A stretch of DNA of 63,335 bases, counting the filler, from Pirum gemmata (taxonomy: Eukaryota), in the NCBI GenBank assembly GCA_002812295.1. It is 19 parts of 19 records of this genome, joined end to end, with 100 filler letters (N's around TTAATTAATTAA, not from the genome) between each part and the next. Parts side by side here need not be neighbours in the genome. Positions count along the whole stretch, not along the records: positions 1 to 5,213 come from PDIN01003626.1; positions 5,314 to 8,391 come from PDIN01003627.1; positions 8,492 to 11,531 come from PDIN01003628.1; 16 more parts are not named here. One strand, given 5' to 3'. The translations under genes and the position numbers were made by a program. A model generated the notes under the pieces. It did not search any database. It saw nothing but the letters and a program-made list of their open reading frames with translations, and had not been told where the DNA came from. Of this stretch, positions 1 to 10,639 are shown one piece after another. Position 1 is the stretch's first letter. Each line of letters begins with the position of its first letter.

Positions 1-169
1 TATTATAATTTTATTTATTTATATTGCTATTTATAAATATTATTTCTAAAATCTTTTTATTTACTACCAATTGCAACTTGTACAGTTCATGCACTAGTAT
101 TAATATACATAATATTACTATGATTATTGTTATTAATATGGTTATGGGTTGTTACAATTATGACAGTGT

Positions 170-492
170 TATGGTTATGGTTATGGTTATGGTTATGGTT
201 ATGGTTATGGTTATGGTTATGGTTATGGTTATGGTTATGGTTATGGTTATGGTTATGGTTATGGTCTGTTATGGTTGTGGTTATGGTTATATATGGTTAT
301 AGTTGTGGTTGTGGTTATATGGTTATGGTTATATGGTTATATGGTTATGGTTATATGCATATGGTATATAGTTTTGATTATATATGGTTATGGTTATGGT
401 TATATATGATATGATTATGGTTATGATTATGGTTATATATGATATTATGGTTATGGTTATGGTTATGGTTATGGTTATAGTGATGATGGTTA
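170..492. repeat. (ATGGTT)n hexamer microsatellite with degenerate flank
   Basis: Direct tandem ATGGTT units; source of the spurious MVMV/LWLW ORFs. Confidence 0.95.
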
Positions 493-1224
493 TGGTTATT
501 ATTATTATTGCTGTTGTTGTTATTGTTGTTACTTTTGTTACTGATGTTATTAGCCAACTTGTTATTGGTGTTGCTTTTTTTTTTTTTTATCTACCAAGCC
601 GAACACAAATGGCGACATCCACCATATGAACTCAAAAATCCAAAAATTCTCAATATAATCAAAATTTAACGAAAGTACTACCAAAATTTGAGAAATAGTT
701 CAACTAAGAAAACTCTATGGTTAGTTTTTAAAAATAATTGGGCTAGTTAGCATTTTTTAAAAAAAGTTTTTAGGAAAGAAGTCTCTTGGCTGTAAAAAAA
801 AAAAAAAAAAAGCATAACTAAATGAGCTTAGTTTTTACTAAAAATGGAAAGGAATTTTTTATTATTCATTTATTGGCCTTTTTGAAGAAATAATTTTATT
901 TTGAAAATTTACAGCGAATGAAAATCAGTGAAACTGTGAAAATACAGAAGTTCATTTTGTCATCAACAATATTTTTTTTAAAATGAATGACGTATATAAC
1001 AACTTTATAATACTACTAAAGGGCAATAAAAGAGGGTTAGAGAGTAAAGCAGCTGTAAAATCTTCGTTCGTTTTTGCAGTTTACAAACAACAATGATACA
1101 ACACCTCTCACTGATTACCTCTCCCTCCAACAGTATGATAATAGTAAAGTATTTATCTCGGGGTATTTATCTGTAGTAAAGCAGGAAAATGATCAGAGGC
1201 ATAATATAATTTGTAAATTATATC

Positions 1225-1410
1225 GTGCTTTTGAGTTGTTTTGTCATCATGAATTATATAGTACAATAAAAAGTACCAGATTAATACAATATAAATTCAT
1301 TTTATTTAATTTGTTACATTTTATAGTCTATTTATTAATTTAAAAATATCAATTTAAATATTATAACTAACAAAATAAATATTCAGAGTAACAAAATAAA
1401 TTAAAAGCAC
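1225..1410. mobile_element. MITE-like family A (~185 bp, TIR GTGCTTTTCA...TGAAAAGCAC)
   Basis: Terminal inverted repeats with a conserved AT-rich core (TACCAAATTAAT...ATTTAATTTGGTA). Full or partial copies at ~14774-14914, 18432, 18652, 24037-24221, 27002-27195, 27831, 28142-28330 (rev), 30364-30540, 35270-35429, 35582-35745, 37560-37610 (rev), 37714-37855, 47688-47746 (rev), 60293-60435. Confidence 0.85.
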
Positions 1411-2187
1411 AATATAAATTTATGTATTTATATTCATCATATATTTACAAAGTATTTGCACTTATCAAATTAGCCAAATTTTTATAATTTATAAAAATAT
1501 GACTCTGTTACATGAAACCAAAATAATACTACCTAGGCCCAAAAAATTATTATGATATATTTATTTGTAACTTACAAAAACATTATTATACTTTTATTAT
1601 GATATTTGTTTTCAAACACATAATGCGTGAACTCCATGACTTAGTAACCAACAACTACAAGAATATCCTTATGAGCTTATATTTTACATTATACCATTCA
1701 ATACCCTTACTAAACAATATTTATATAGCTAATTAGTTACATGTAATTAATCAAAAATATGTTTTCTGTGATAATAAAAAATGATTTATGATGATTAAAA
1801 AAAAAAAAAAAAAAAGCGTCAACAGTTCATAATGTAAAATTGGGGGAACCCAACAGTCCATATGGGGAGACTGATATGTTGAGAGACTGTAAGTTTCGAA
1901 AAGGTAGGTGACTGGTTTACACTGCTGTGAATCTGGTGAAACAAGGAAACAATAAAACAATATAATATTTTGTTACCAATGAAAAGAGTTTTTAGAATTA
2001 TTTTGACTCTATATGTTATATTATTTTTCTAAAAAAACACTATATAATACCGGTAATTGGAGTGATGCATGCAAGCTACAAACAGAATTCTTGGTTTACA
2101 AATTTGTGATGGTGTAGTTTTGGCTAATCGCAAACTCTTTATTTATAACCTGCAGCAGGCCTCCTCCCGCTGCCTTTTTCATTTTTT

Positions 2188-2234
<47 letters not shown>

Positions 2235-2235
2235 T

Positions 2236-2487
2236 TAACTACCAAGCCCGATAAAAATGGCGACATCCTTTCAAAAATCCAAAAAATCTCAAAATGATCC
2301 AATTTTAATGAAGTACGTATGAAAGTACTACCAAAATTTGAGAAATCGTCTAATTAAGAAAACTCTATTTTGAGCGAATGGCTAGTTTTTAAAAATAATT
2401 TGGCTAGTAAGTTGTAACTGAATGTTGGTGACAGTTAGTCTAAAAAAAAAAATGATTTCTATCTCTAGTTTTATACTTGGCTGTTCA
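2236..2487. mobile_element. MITE-like family D (~250 bp, imperfect TIR TAACTACCAAG...CTTGGCTGTT)
   Basis: Same core (AAATGGCGACATCC...CTACCAAAATTTGAGAAAT...TTTAAAAATAATTTGGCTAGT) at ~588-794 and 40346-40520, partially at 49405-49595, and reversed at 26228-26330. Confidence 0.7.
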
Positions 2488-3083
2488 AAAAAAATAATAA
2501 TAATTATTCTATTCGTAAGAAACTTCGAATTCAAGAGTAAAAAGTTGGCAAGGAAAAATCGGACTTCAAATCGGCCATTGGTTTGGAACACCATACCGTT
2601 GTCTGAGGTGAAAGGTGAGTGGGGTGGAGAGTCTGGAGACTCATTCACGTTCCACAATAAAAAAAAAACCAAAAATTACCGAATTGAAAATTAAATTGAA
2701 ACTCAATTGCAAAACTATATTGCAAAGAATCAAATTTTTTTTACTATTTTTCTTTTTTTTTATTATTATTATTATTATTANNNNNNNNNNNNNNNNNNNN
2801 NNNNNNNNNNNNNNNNNNNNNNNNNNNNNNNNNNNNNNNNNNNNNNNNNNNNNNNNNNNNNNNNNNNNNAATAATATAATATATGGTTAGTTTTTAGTTT
2901 TTAGTTTTTTGTTGTCTGTTGACCTTGTTTAGAAATTCATGATGTTGATGTCTTTATTAATTTAATTAATAATGATTGAATATTAATTTATTTATTAATT
3001 TATTTTTGTTTAGAGTACTCGAATGTCTTAGTGTTTTAAATATATATATAAGGTAATTAATTTTTATAATAATGAAAAAATTA

Positions 3084-4925
3084 CTATGCATCCAAGTTGA
3101 GGGCGTTAGTGTAATCAACATTATTACTTTGAAACAAGGGATTATGATCACCTGGGTTATTAAAATCTTCATATGAAACTTCTGGAGCTTTGGTAGCTGA
3201 AGCTTGGTTCCATAAATATGCAGCACCCGCCGCGGCACCTACTAATACCACTGCACCAGCCGCAGCCCCACCGGCAATAGCAGCTGTGTTAACACCATTA
3301 CCATCATTATTTGTTTGGGTAACAGGAGTCGTACAAGGAACAGAACAGTTTGACAATTGGTCAGAGTTAGGACAAACGCTACTAAGGGACCCTGGGGTAA
3401 TTTCCCGAGTACGTAATTGTTCACCATCTCCGCATGTGTTATTTGAAACAGAGCAAGTAGACCATTCACTCCACTCCCCAGGCACACATGGTTGACATGG
3501 TAGGTCGCACTCTTGTATTTGCTCGCCACCCGTACAATTCTCTGGAAAGTCTCCTTGGTCCAGAATATTTCTTTGTCTGGCTTGTTTGCCGTTGCCACAA
3601 TCATCAGCAGCATTTGATAAAGTACAAACTGACCACTCTGACCATTCCGACATACTACAAGGAATACAGGGGGCATTGCAGTTTTGTGACTCCAACACTG
3701 GAGGGCATTGGTTTGGTTGAGTTCCACTTTCGGTTATCGTTCTTTGTCTAGTTTGAGTGCCATTTCCACATTTTCCGTTGGGTACACACTGAGTCCATTC
3801 AGTCCATTGTGATACACTACAAGGTACAACTGTACATTGTTTCTCGCACGGTTTCTCGATATCAGACAAATCACATGTTGCACCACCATTTGTTTCTCTA
3901 GTTTTAATGGATTGTGTACAAGTAATTTTACCTTGGGCGAGGTAGTCTTGTGTTTGAGCAACATCATTGCATTTGGCGTCACATTCCCCACAAGTAGATT
4001 CTGTAATACATGGTTTCGGAATTAAACAATTAGTTTTGCAAGGTTTAACAATAGATGTAAGATTGCACGGTTTTCCGTTGTTTTCCGCAGGGGTATCTTG
4101 CTCTCTTGTACAAACTATCTGCCCTTGTGCTTCATAATCTTGGTTCTCAGTATAATCACAAACAGCATCACAAGTAGTACAACTGCCTTCCTTGGCAACG
4201 CAATCTATAGGAACTTCTTTACAAATTGTTGTAGAAAAATCTTTTACGATATCCTTTAGACCATCGAAATCATCAACGGTATAATAAGGTTTCCCTCGAC
4301 CAGCAATTTCTTTTAGTTCTTCAATCCCACTACGACCCAGATTAATACCCACTGGAATAATTAAATTATCTGGATTATCGCGTCGAATCCCTTCTGCCAC
4401 ATCCTCAACTCTGTATCTCCTATCCGTACTACTCTCTCCATCAGTGATGACAATTAAAATCTTAGTTGCGTCGTTTCTAGCAAGTTTCAAGTGATCATAA
4501 TATGCCGTGTGTATGCCTTTTCCTGTATACGTTGTTCCGCCTTTAGTGTATTTTTTATCTGCGTTGGTATATTGCATACTACCTAAGACCCTATCCAGTG
4601 AATTTCTATTATAACTATTTCCATTGAAAGTAGAAACAATTGTTGTTTTTACTCGAAAAGAACTAAAAGCAATGTGTAGGCCATCTTGTTTGATGCTCTC
4701 GTCGAATTCGTTCATTAAACTGAAAGCGAAAGCTTTCATTTGGTTGAAACGTGAGCTTTTGGAAATACTAGTACTTTTGTCAAACAAGAACATCAAATCC
4801 GCTTTTAAAAAGCAATTTCTATCTTCTGTTTGCCCAAATGTAATTTGTTTTCCTTCTGCAAAATCAAGACCAAATAACTCTAGAGCAGCGCTAACTAGGA
4901 AAACCGCGGAGAATATAGTCTTCAT
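3084..4925 (-). CDS. Type I membrane adhesin: signal peptide, vWA domain, TSP1 repeats, TM helix, acidic NPxF tail (TRAP/MIC2-like architecture)
   Basis: Intronless 613-aa ORF. Hydrophobic N-terminus; MIDAS DKSTS...TYTG...ITDG; three WxxWxxC...CG.G.Q.R.R TSP1 repeats plus two Cys-rich degenerate repeats; TM AAIAGGAAAGAVVLVGAAAGAAYLW; tail ...EDFNNPGDHNPLFQ... Confidence 0.93.
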   Translation of the reverse strand: MKTIFSAVFLVSAALELFGLDFAEGKQITFGQTEDRNCFLKADLMFLFDKSTSISKSSRFNQMKAFAFSLMNEFDESIKQDGLHIAFSSFRVKTTIVSTFNGNSYNRNSLDRVLGSMQYTNADKKYTKGGTTYTGKGIHTAYYDHLKLARNDATKILIVITDGESSTDRRYRVEDVAEGIRRDNPDNLIIPVGINLGRSGIEELKEIAGRGKPYYTVDDFDGLKDIVKDFSTTICKEVPIDCVAKEGSCTTCDAVCDYTENQDYEAQGQIVCTREQDTPAENNGKPCNLTSIVKPCKTNCLIPKPCITESTCGECDAKCNDVAQTQDYLAQGKITCTQSIKTRETNGGATCDLSDIEKPCEKQCTVVPCSVSQWTEWTQCVPNGKCGNGTQTRQRTITESGTQPNQCPPVLESQNCNAPCIPCSMSEWSEWSVCTLSNAADDCGNGKQARQRNILDQGDFPENCTGGEQIQECDLPCQPCVPGEWSEWSTCSVSNNTCGDGEQLRTREITPGSLSSVCPNSDQLSNCSVPCTTPVTQTNNDGNGVNTAAIAGGAAAGAVVLVGAAAGAAYLWNQASATKAPEVSYEDFNNPGDHNPLFQSNNVDYTNALNLDA

Positions 4926-5213
4926 TATTAACTTTATTTGTATAATATTATGAAGGGTATCTATGTGTTGTTGTTTTTAATTAGAAACAAAACCTTTTGA
5001 ATTGAATTAGATATATTATTAAAATAAAGAACGTAATTTATCAAAAATACTTCTACATCTATTATATTTTTTATTTTATTTTATTGTTATTTTTTTAAAA
5101 AAAAGAAGAGTTTATATATACTTTTTGAATTTTTAATTTTCCAGTTTCCTCTGTCCTCTGTAGACCTAGCTAGGATTTCCTTTTTCCTTTTTTTTTGTTA
5201 TTTGTTATTTGTT

Positions 5214-5313
5214 NNNNNNNNNNNNNNNNNNNNNNNNNNNNNNNNNNNNNNNNNNNNTTAATTAATTAANNNNNNNNNNNNNNNNNNNNNNNNNNNNNNN
5301 NNNNNNNNNNNNN
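5214..5313. other. Artificial scaffold-joining spacer N44-TTAATTAATTAA-N44
   Basis: Identical 100-nt spacer (stops in all six frames) also starts at 8392, 11532, 14674, 17682, 20858, 24790, 27910, 31057, 34231, 37411, 40562, 44415, 47588, 50715, 53825, 57022 and 60193. Confidence 0.97.
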
Positions 5314-5473
5314 GTTTTCTTTTTGTTTTCATTATATATTATATAAAAAAGTAAGGTATTATTATAGATATTCTTAAATTTTTTTTTGTCATAGTCTTGA
5401 CTTCCGAAACAATTTCCCATTATGACGTCATTTTTTAAAATTAAAAAAGATTAGTGAACAGTATTGAAAGTTC

Positions 5474-5546
5474 TCCCGCGTGGCATAGTGGTTATTGCGT
5501 CACACTCGTAATGTGAAAATCAGGAGTTCGACTCTCCTCGCGGGCT
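5474..5546 (+). tRNA. tRNA-Thr(CGT), with a U1:C72 mismatch
   Basis: Cloverleaf: acceptor TCCCGCG/CGCGGGC, D-loop AGTGGTT, anticodon stem TCACA/TGTGA with loop CT-CGT-AA, T-arm AGGAG-TTCGACT-CTCCT. Confidence 0.88.
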
Positions 5547-7270
5547 ATAATACTTAAGGGTAGATTTGTTGATATTAATACTTTAATGTTGTTATTTGGG
5601 TTTCCCTAAAATTGAAAATTAATATCGTTATTTGGATTTCTTCCTTTGAATAAAGAACATATGGTTTCTCCCCAGAGTTCAAGACCAATATTGTTTTTGA
5701 ATTTCTGTTCACAATTACTTTAATTTTATACTGAAATTTACTGACGGGTGGTTAAAAAAAAACTTTCAACTTTAATTATTATATAAACGACTTTAATTGG
5801 TTTTAAACTTTATGGCTTAATTCAAATAAAAATTATTTCACTTAAAAAAAAAATACTATCCTAGAGTTGTTATGGTTATTATTGTAATAGATTACTTTAG
5901 AAAAAGGAAAGTTTATGTTGTTTTTTCAAAACAAATGTTTTTTTTTTCATTGTTGATTGAAAATTATTATTCTTAAAAATGTGTTAAAAATTGTCTTTTT
6001 TTTCTTCTTTTTCAAAATTTTTACTGCAACTACGTGGTACAATAGATCTGTATTAAAATTAATGATGACCTATTTTTTCTTTTCTTTTTTATATCATTTC
6101 TTCCGTTGTTGTACATCTTGTACAACCCAGGATAATTTTTTTTCATTAGCATGATATAATATTAATTTCTTTATAAGTTAATTCTATCAAAAATATCATT
6201 AAAATAAGTAAAATTTTCCGTTTTGGTTGATTTTTAACAGTTTTTATTTTCTTATTATTATAATATATGATTTCATGAATACCTTGTTATTAAATTTGCT
6301 AATTTTTCATAATAATAAGCCTAATAATGACACGGAAGCTCCATATCTTCGTATTCTATTTAGAAATTTCTAATTGTATTGGTAATAATTTTCCTGCTCT
6401 TTTTCTATTATACTTATGATTTCTTTTTTTAATTGATTGATTAAAGATTCTTACCCGCGTCAAAAACATAATTTTCAAAAATAATTAATAAATTAATAAA
6501 TCGACAGAGGTAAAAAAAACCTCGGATTCGATTAAAAATCATAAAAAGTTTACATATTCTTTTAACATAGATTAAAAATTCTTATATAAATTACCACTTT
6601 GTTAATGTCACTATTAATATTTTCTTCTTGTTTTCATTATATATTATAAAAAAGTAAGGTATTATTATAGATATTCTTAAAATTTTTTGTGTCATAATCT
6701 TGACTACCAAAGCAAAAAAAATTAAGAAATTTTTTTTTAACCTCATAAATATCTTACTTGAAAAAAAAAAAAAAAAAAAAATTTTTTTTTTTGTTAACAT
6801 TTCGTTTATTGATTTATATATAAATTTGTGAAAAAAATAACTACCACAAAATGGAGTTTACACCATAAATAATAACCTAAAATGGTTAATTTTACAAATT
6901 CGAGTGTTCTGTTGCTTTAAAAGTATATTGAAAGGAAAATTTTGTTTCTACTAGACTATTTAAAGTTTTGAACTTGACCTTAGATGGTAATTTTACAAAT
7001 AAAAGTGTTCTGTTACCTTTATAATCGTTTTCAAAATTTAGTAATTTCCCGTAATAATAAGTCTAATAGTTGTATGGCAGATCCATATTTTCATAAATTG
7101 CTAATTGCATTACTAATTGTTCTTGTTGCTTTCGTTCTGTTATACTTTATTAGATTTATTTCTTTAATAGCATGATTAAAGACTCTTACCCAGTCAAAAA
7201 TGTAATTTTTATTTTTATATGTATTTATTTGTAGTTTCTATTTTACTATGCTTTTCTTTATTGTTATCAC

Positions 7271-7311
<41 letters not shown>

Positions 7312-7365
7312 TTATTATTCTTATTATCTTATTATTATTTTATTATTATTTTATTATTATTATTA

Positions 7366-7402
<37 letters not shown>

Positions 7403-7536
7403 GTACTAGATTTATAAAATTTAGCCCTCCTATTTCTTTAGATATTGATAGTTTAGTTCAGTCTAAAATTTGTGATTTTTGAATTATTTTTTCAATGTTA
7501 TTTTGAATTTGTTGTAGGAATTCGTTACTGATATAA

Positions 7537-7603
<67 letters not shown>

Positions 7604-8163
7604 AAAAGTTGAGTATTATTATAGATATTCTTAATTTTTTTTTTTTCATTATCTTGACTACCAAAACAAAAGTTTTTTTCATTTAAAAATCATAATTGGT
7701 TGATAATTCTCTAGTACATTTTTCCCATAAACTTTGAAAATTATTATTACACTTAAAAAAATGTTGAAATTTCTCTTCTTTTTCTCATCTTTCAAAAGTT
7801 TTACCACAACTACATGGAACAAAAATATATAAATCTGTACAAAATTTTAAAAACTAAATTCTCTTATTTGTTGTTCCTGATGACCTATTTTATCTTTCCT
7901 TTTTTGTATCATATTCTTCCATTGTTGTACGTACATCTTGTACATCGCAGGATTCCATTATTCTATTTTCATTAGCAGTATTTAATCTTAATTTTTTATA
8001 AGTTAATTTAATATTTTCTGATAAGAAAAATCTATCAAATCTAAATATATTTTAGGACAAAAAAAAAAGTAAAATCACCTTTGCCAAACCATTCACGCAT
8101 TTCTCACCCAAACCATCCATCCATTTCTACGTTACATAAAGAATACTACGTCTTATATATGAA

Positions 8164-8250
8164 CGGGCAGAAGACTGAATCGAACAGTTGCGCCGCGAAA
8201 CGCCCCTGGCTTTGAAGGCCAGACTCAGCACCAGCCAAGCTCATCCGCCC
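8164..8250 (-). tRNA. tRNA-Sec (anticodon TCA)
   Basis: 87 nt: GGGCGGATG A GCTTGGC TGGT GCTGAGT CTGGC CTTCAAA GCCAG GG GCGTTTCGCGGCGC A ACTG TTCGATT CAGT CTTCTGCCC G. Eukaryotic 9/4 fold (9-bp acceptor with U:U pair, 4-bp T-stem), long D-stem, long variable arm, G discriminator. TATA-like TATAAG at about -29 to -24. Confidence 0.95.
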
Positions 8251-8491
8251 AAAGTTTTCATTAAAAAAATTGGCTTATATTTGATAAAATAATTTTTTTG
8301 CGGTAACAGTATTTTGGAAGTTTTTAAATGTTTAGGAGTATATATGGGCAATGAAAAATTAGCCCAATATGAGAATGAAAATATTTTAAAANNNNNNNNN
8401 NNNNNNNNNNNNNNNNNNNNNNNNNNNNNNNNNNNTTAATTAATTAANNNNNNNNNNNNNNNNNNNNNNNNNNNNNNNNNNNNNNNNNNNN

Positions 8492-8548
<57 letters not shown>

Positions 8549-8725
8549 AAACAAACAGTTGGTCAATTAAACCATCAATAAAAGAAAAAAGTGTTATAAT
8601 TGTACTGCTATTTTTAAGGTAATAGGAAATTTATGGCATATATAAAGAACTTTTCAGAGCACAGGTCAAGAAGGGTAACAAAAATGAGAAATAGGGCAAT
8701 GATGAAATGATGAAAATACACTTAC

Positions 8726-9316
8726 GTTAAAGTCTGAAACAATAGCTATGTGACGGGAATCAGGTAACCAGTATATATCCTTATTCCCCATAGTTTGAGA
8801 AATTGTAAGTGATTCATTTTTTCGCCCAGTTACACTAACAACTTCTAAATCATTGGTGCCAGTAAAAGAACAAAGTATAAAACTGCAAGGTAAGGGGAAA
8901 AAACGTTAATAGTTAAAAGTCTCAAAATACAGAATGCATAGAGGTTAGCAGTGGTTTAGGGTTGGAAAAGCGATGTTGGTTTAAAATCTAAATGATAAAG
9001 ATAAGAATGGTGTGATCAGGCAACTCGTAATTAGGGTTTACTTTGAGTCTGGCGACCAATAGAAAGAACTTATGTAGGACTCGAACGAAAAGGCTTGCTG
9101 CACTTGTAAGAAATCAATGTCGTCGTACAACCACAAAATTAGCTCGTTTTTTGTTGCACTTGCTAGTCTATAAGTGTACAACCCCTCCTTCCCCTGTTTT
9201 TTTTCGGGAGTAGTTAGGTCAGTTGTCGCTGTGGATGAGGCGGACAAAGGTTTACCAGAAAATTGTATCAACCCATTTGCATATGGAATTGTTTTTGGTT
9301 CAAAATTAATTTCCAT
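8726..9316 (-). CDS. WRAP73: WD40 protein WRAP73/WDR8, first two exons (9316-9042, 8882-8726); rest beyond scaffold end
   Basis: GT-AG intron in matching phase gives ...FYWSPDSNFILCSF...IYWLPDSRHIAIVSDFN, matching the WDR8 pattern WSxDSxFILC...WSPDxRHILxxxxF. Confidence 0.72.
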
Positions 9317-9826
9317 GATCAGCGCAGTACAGTACAAAGTGAATAACTAGAAAATTTATTTTAAAAATGTTTTAGCTTTTCATAATTTTGAATAACTGGT
9401 TAGTTTAACTTTTGAAAAAAATCTATAGTATCTACTTATTATTGCATTTCTTGTATTGAACATTAAAATGTACCGGTAGGTCAAGTGATTTATTTATCAA
9501 TCGCGACTATACTTTACCAATTTTTTCTTGTTTTTTGTTTTTGATAAATCATAATCAGCACCACGCTAGCAGTACCACGGTATGATTAAATACTCGATGT
9601 ATATATATAATCCAAAAAAAACGATTAATATAATATCATATCATTTACTTACTGGCCGTTATTTGGCGCTTTTTCTGTGGCTTTTTTTCAGGGGCGCTTT
9701 TTCAAAATAAACCCTTCTCTAGCTAGCTAGTAGCTATCATAGTAGCTATCGATACATGCATAGCTAGCTAGCTACTAGATATGATAGAGATATGATAATT
9801 AAAAAATTATTATTAAACTAGCTATA

Positions 9827-9951
9827 GGAGCTCTTCCACAGATTTTTCGAAAAAAAGAAACCGTTCGAAAATATGCGAAAAATAATAGACGAAAAACACT
9901 CCCGAAAAAAAATTACCGACGTAGAAGCAGAAAAATCTGTGGAAGAGCTCC
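9827..9951. mobile_element. MITE, 125 bp, perfect 22-bp TIR GGAGCTCTTCCACAGATTTTTC, TA target duplication
   Basis: Perfect inverted repeat with TA on both sides; the flanking TAGCTA extends the symmetry. Confidence 0.85.
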
Positions 9952-10186
9952 TATAGCTACTAGACTGCTACTAGCTAGCTAGAGCTATTCATACGAGTGT
10001 TTGTAGAAACCAACAGTAAACCAACTGGGAGGGATCCCTGCGCATTTTTCTGTAGGTCTACCGGTAGAATAATATTATAAAAAACAGAAAAAAATCAAGA
10101 AGTTTTTTTGGTTTTTTTTATTCAGAAAGTATTATGATATATTCAATAATATCGATATTTATTAGTCTCCTGAGACACTACCTCCA

Positions 10187-10412
10187 GGAACGGGAAACAT
10201 AATCGAATCAAATAGCTCGATCCTAATTATTAAATAGTGACAATTTTGAAATGATAATCTTTTTTTTTCGAAATTCAAGTTTTTTCAGTTTTTTCTATGA
10301 AATTTTTAAGAATTTTTTAATGAAATCAAAAGTGAGTCAATACTTAAAATTAGATCGAAAATTTCGAAAATTTCGAACTAGTCTCGATTCGATATTTTTT
10401 CCCACATCTTCC
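10187..10412. mobile_element. MITE-like family F
   Basis: Core CATAATCGAATCAA..AGCTCGATCCTAATTATTAAATAGTGACAATTTTGAAATGATA shared with 46025-46130 (reverse). Internally deleted inverted copy at 14207-14338 has TIR GGAGATGCGGGAAAAA/TTTTTCCGTATCTCC. Confidence 0.7.
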
Positions 10413-10639
10413 TACTAACGTAGTATCAACGATATTAGACTATGAGATAATGAGCTGTAACAAATAACTTTTTATTACATTATTATCATAATATAATATT
10501 ATAAAAAACGAATTTGTTTTTAAATTGTATGAATTGTATGAAATCACTGAAAATAGTAAAACAGCCCCTTTTTCTTGTATTTGCCTGATAACTCTTAACG
10601 TTTTTTTTTGTGATCCCTCACTTAACTTCTTTTTAAACA

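Noticed and set aside
24..629. Low-complexity ORFs (MVMV, LWLW, LGLG, NPNP, poly-L/S/Y/I) here and across the window
   Set aside because: Translations of microsatellites and telomeric arrays with no coding evidence.
1154..1205. - strand YASDHFPALLQINTPR*, resembling the SDH motif of EEP nucleases/phosphatases
   Set aside because: Only one short motif, with no upstream exon or acceptor identifiable.
3190..4953. Small ORFs overlapping the adhesin (also 17175-17390, 33519-33920, 51397-51933)
   Set aside because: Alternate-frame or antisense shadows of well-supported genes.
5258..5269. Regularly spaced TTAATTAATTAA every ~3.1 kb as a biological periodic motif
   Set aside because: Always centred in a 100-nt N block; it is an artificial scaffold linker.
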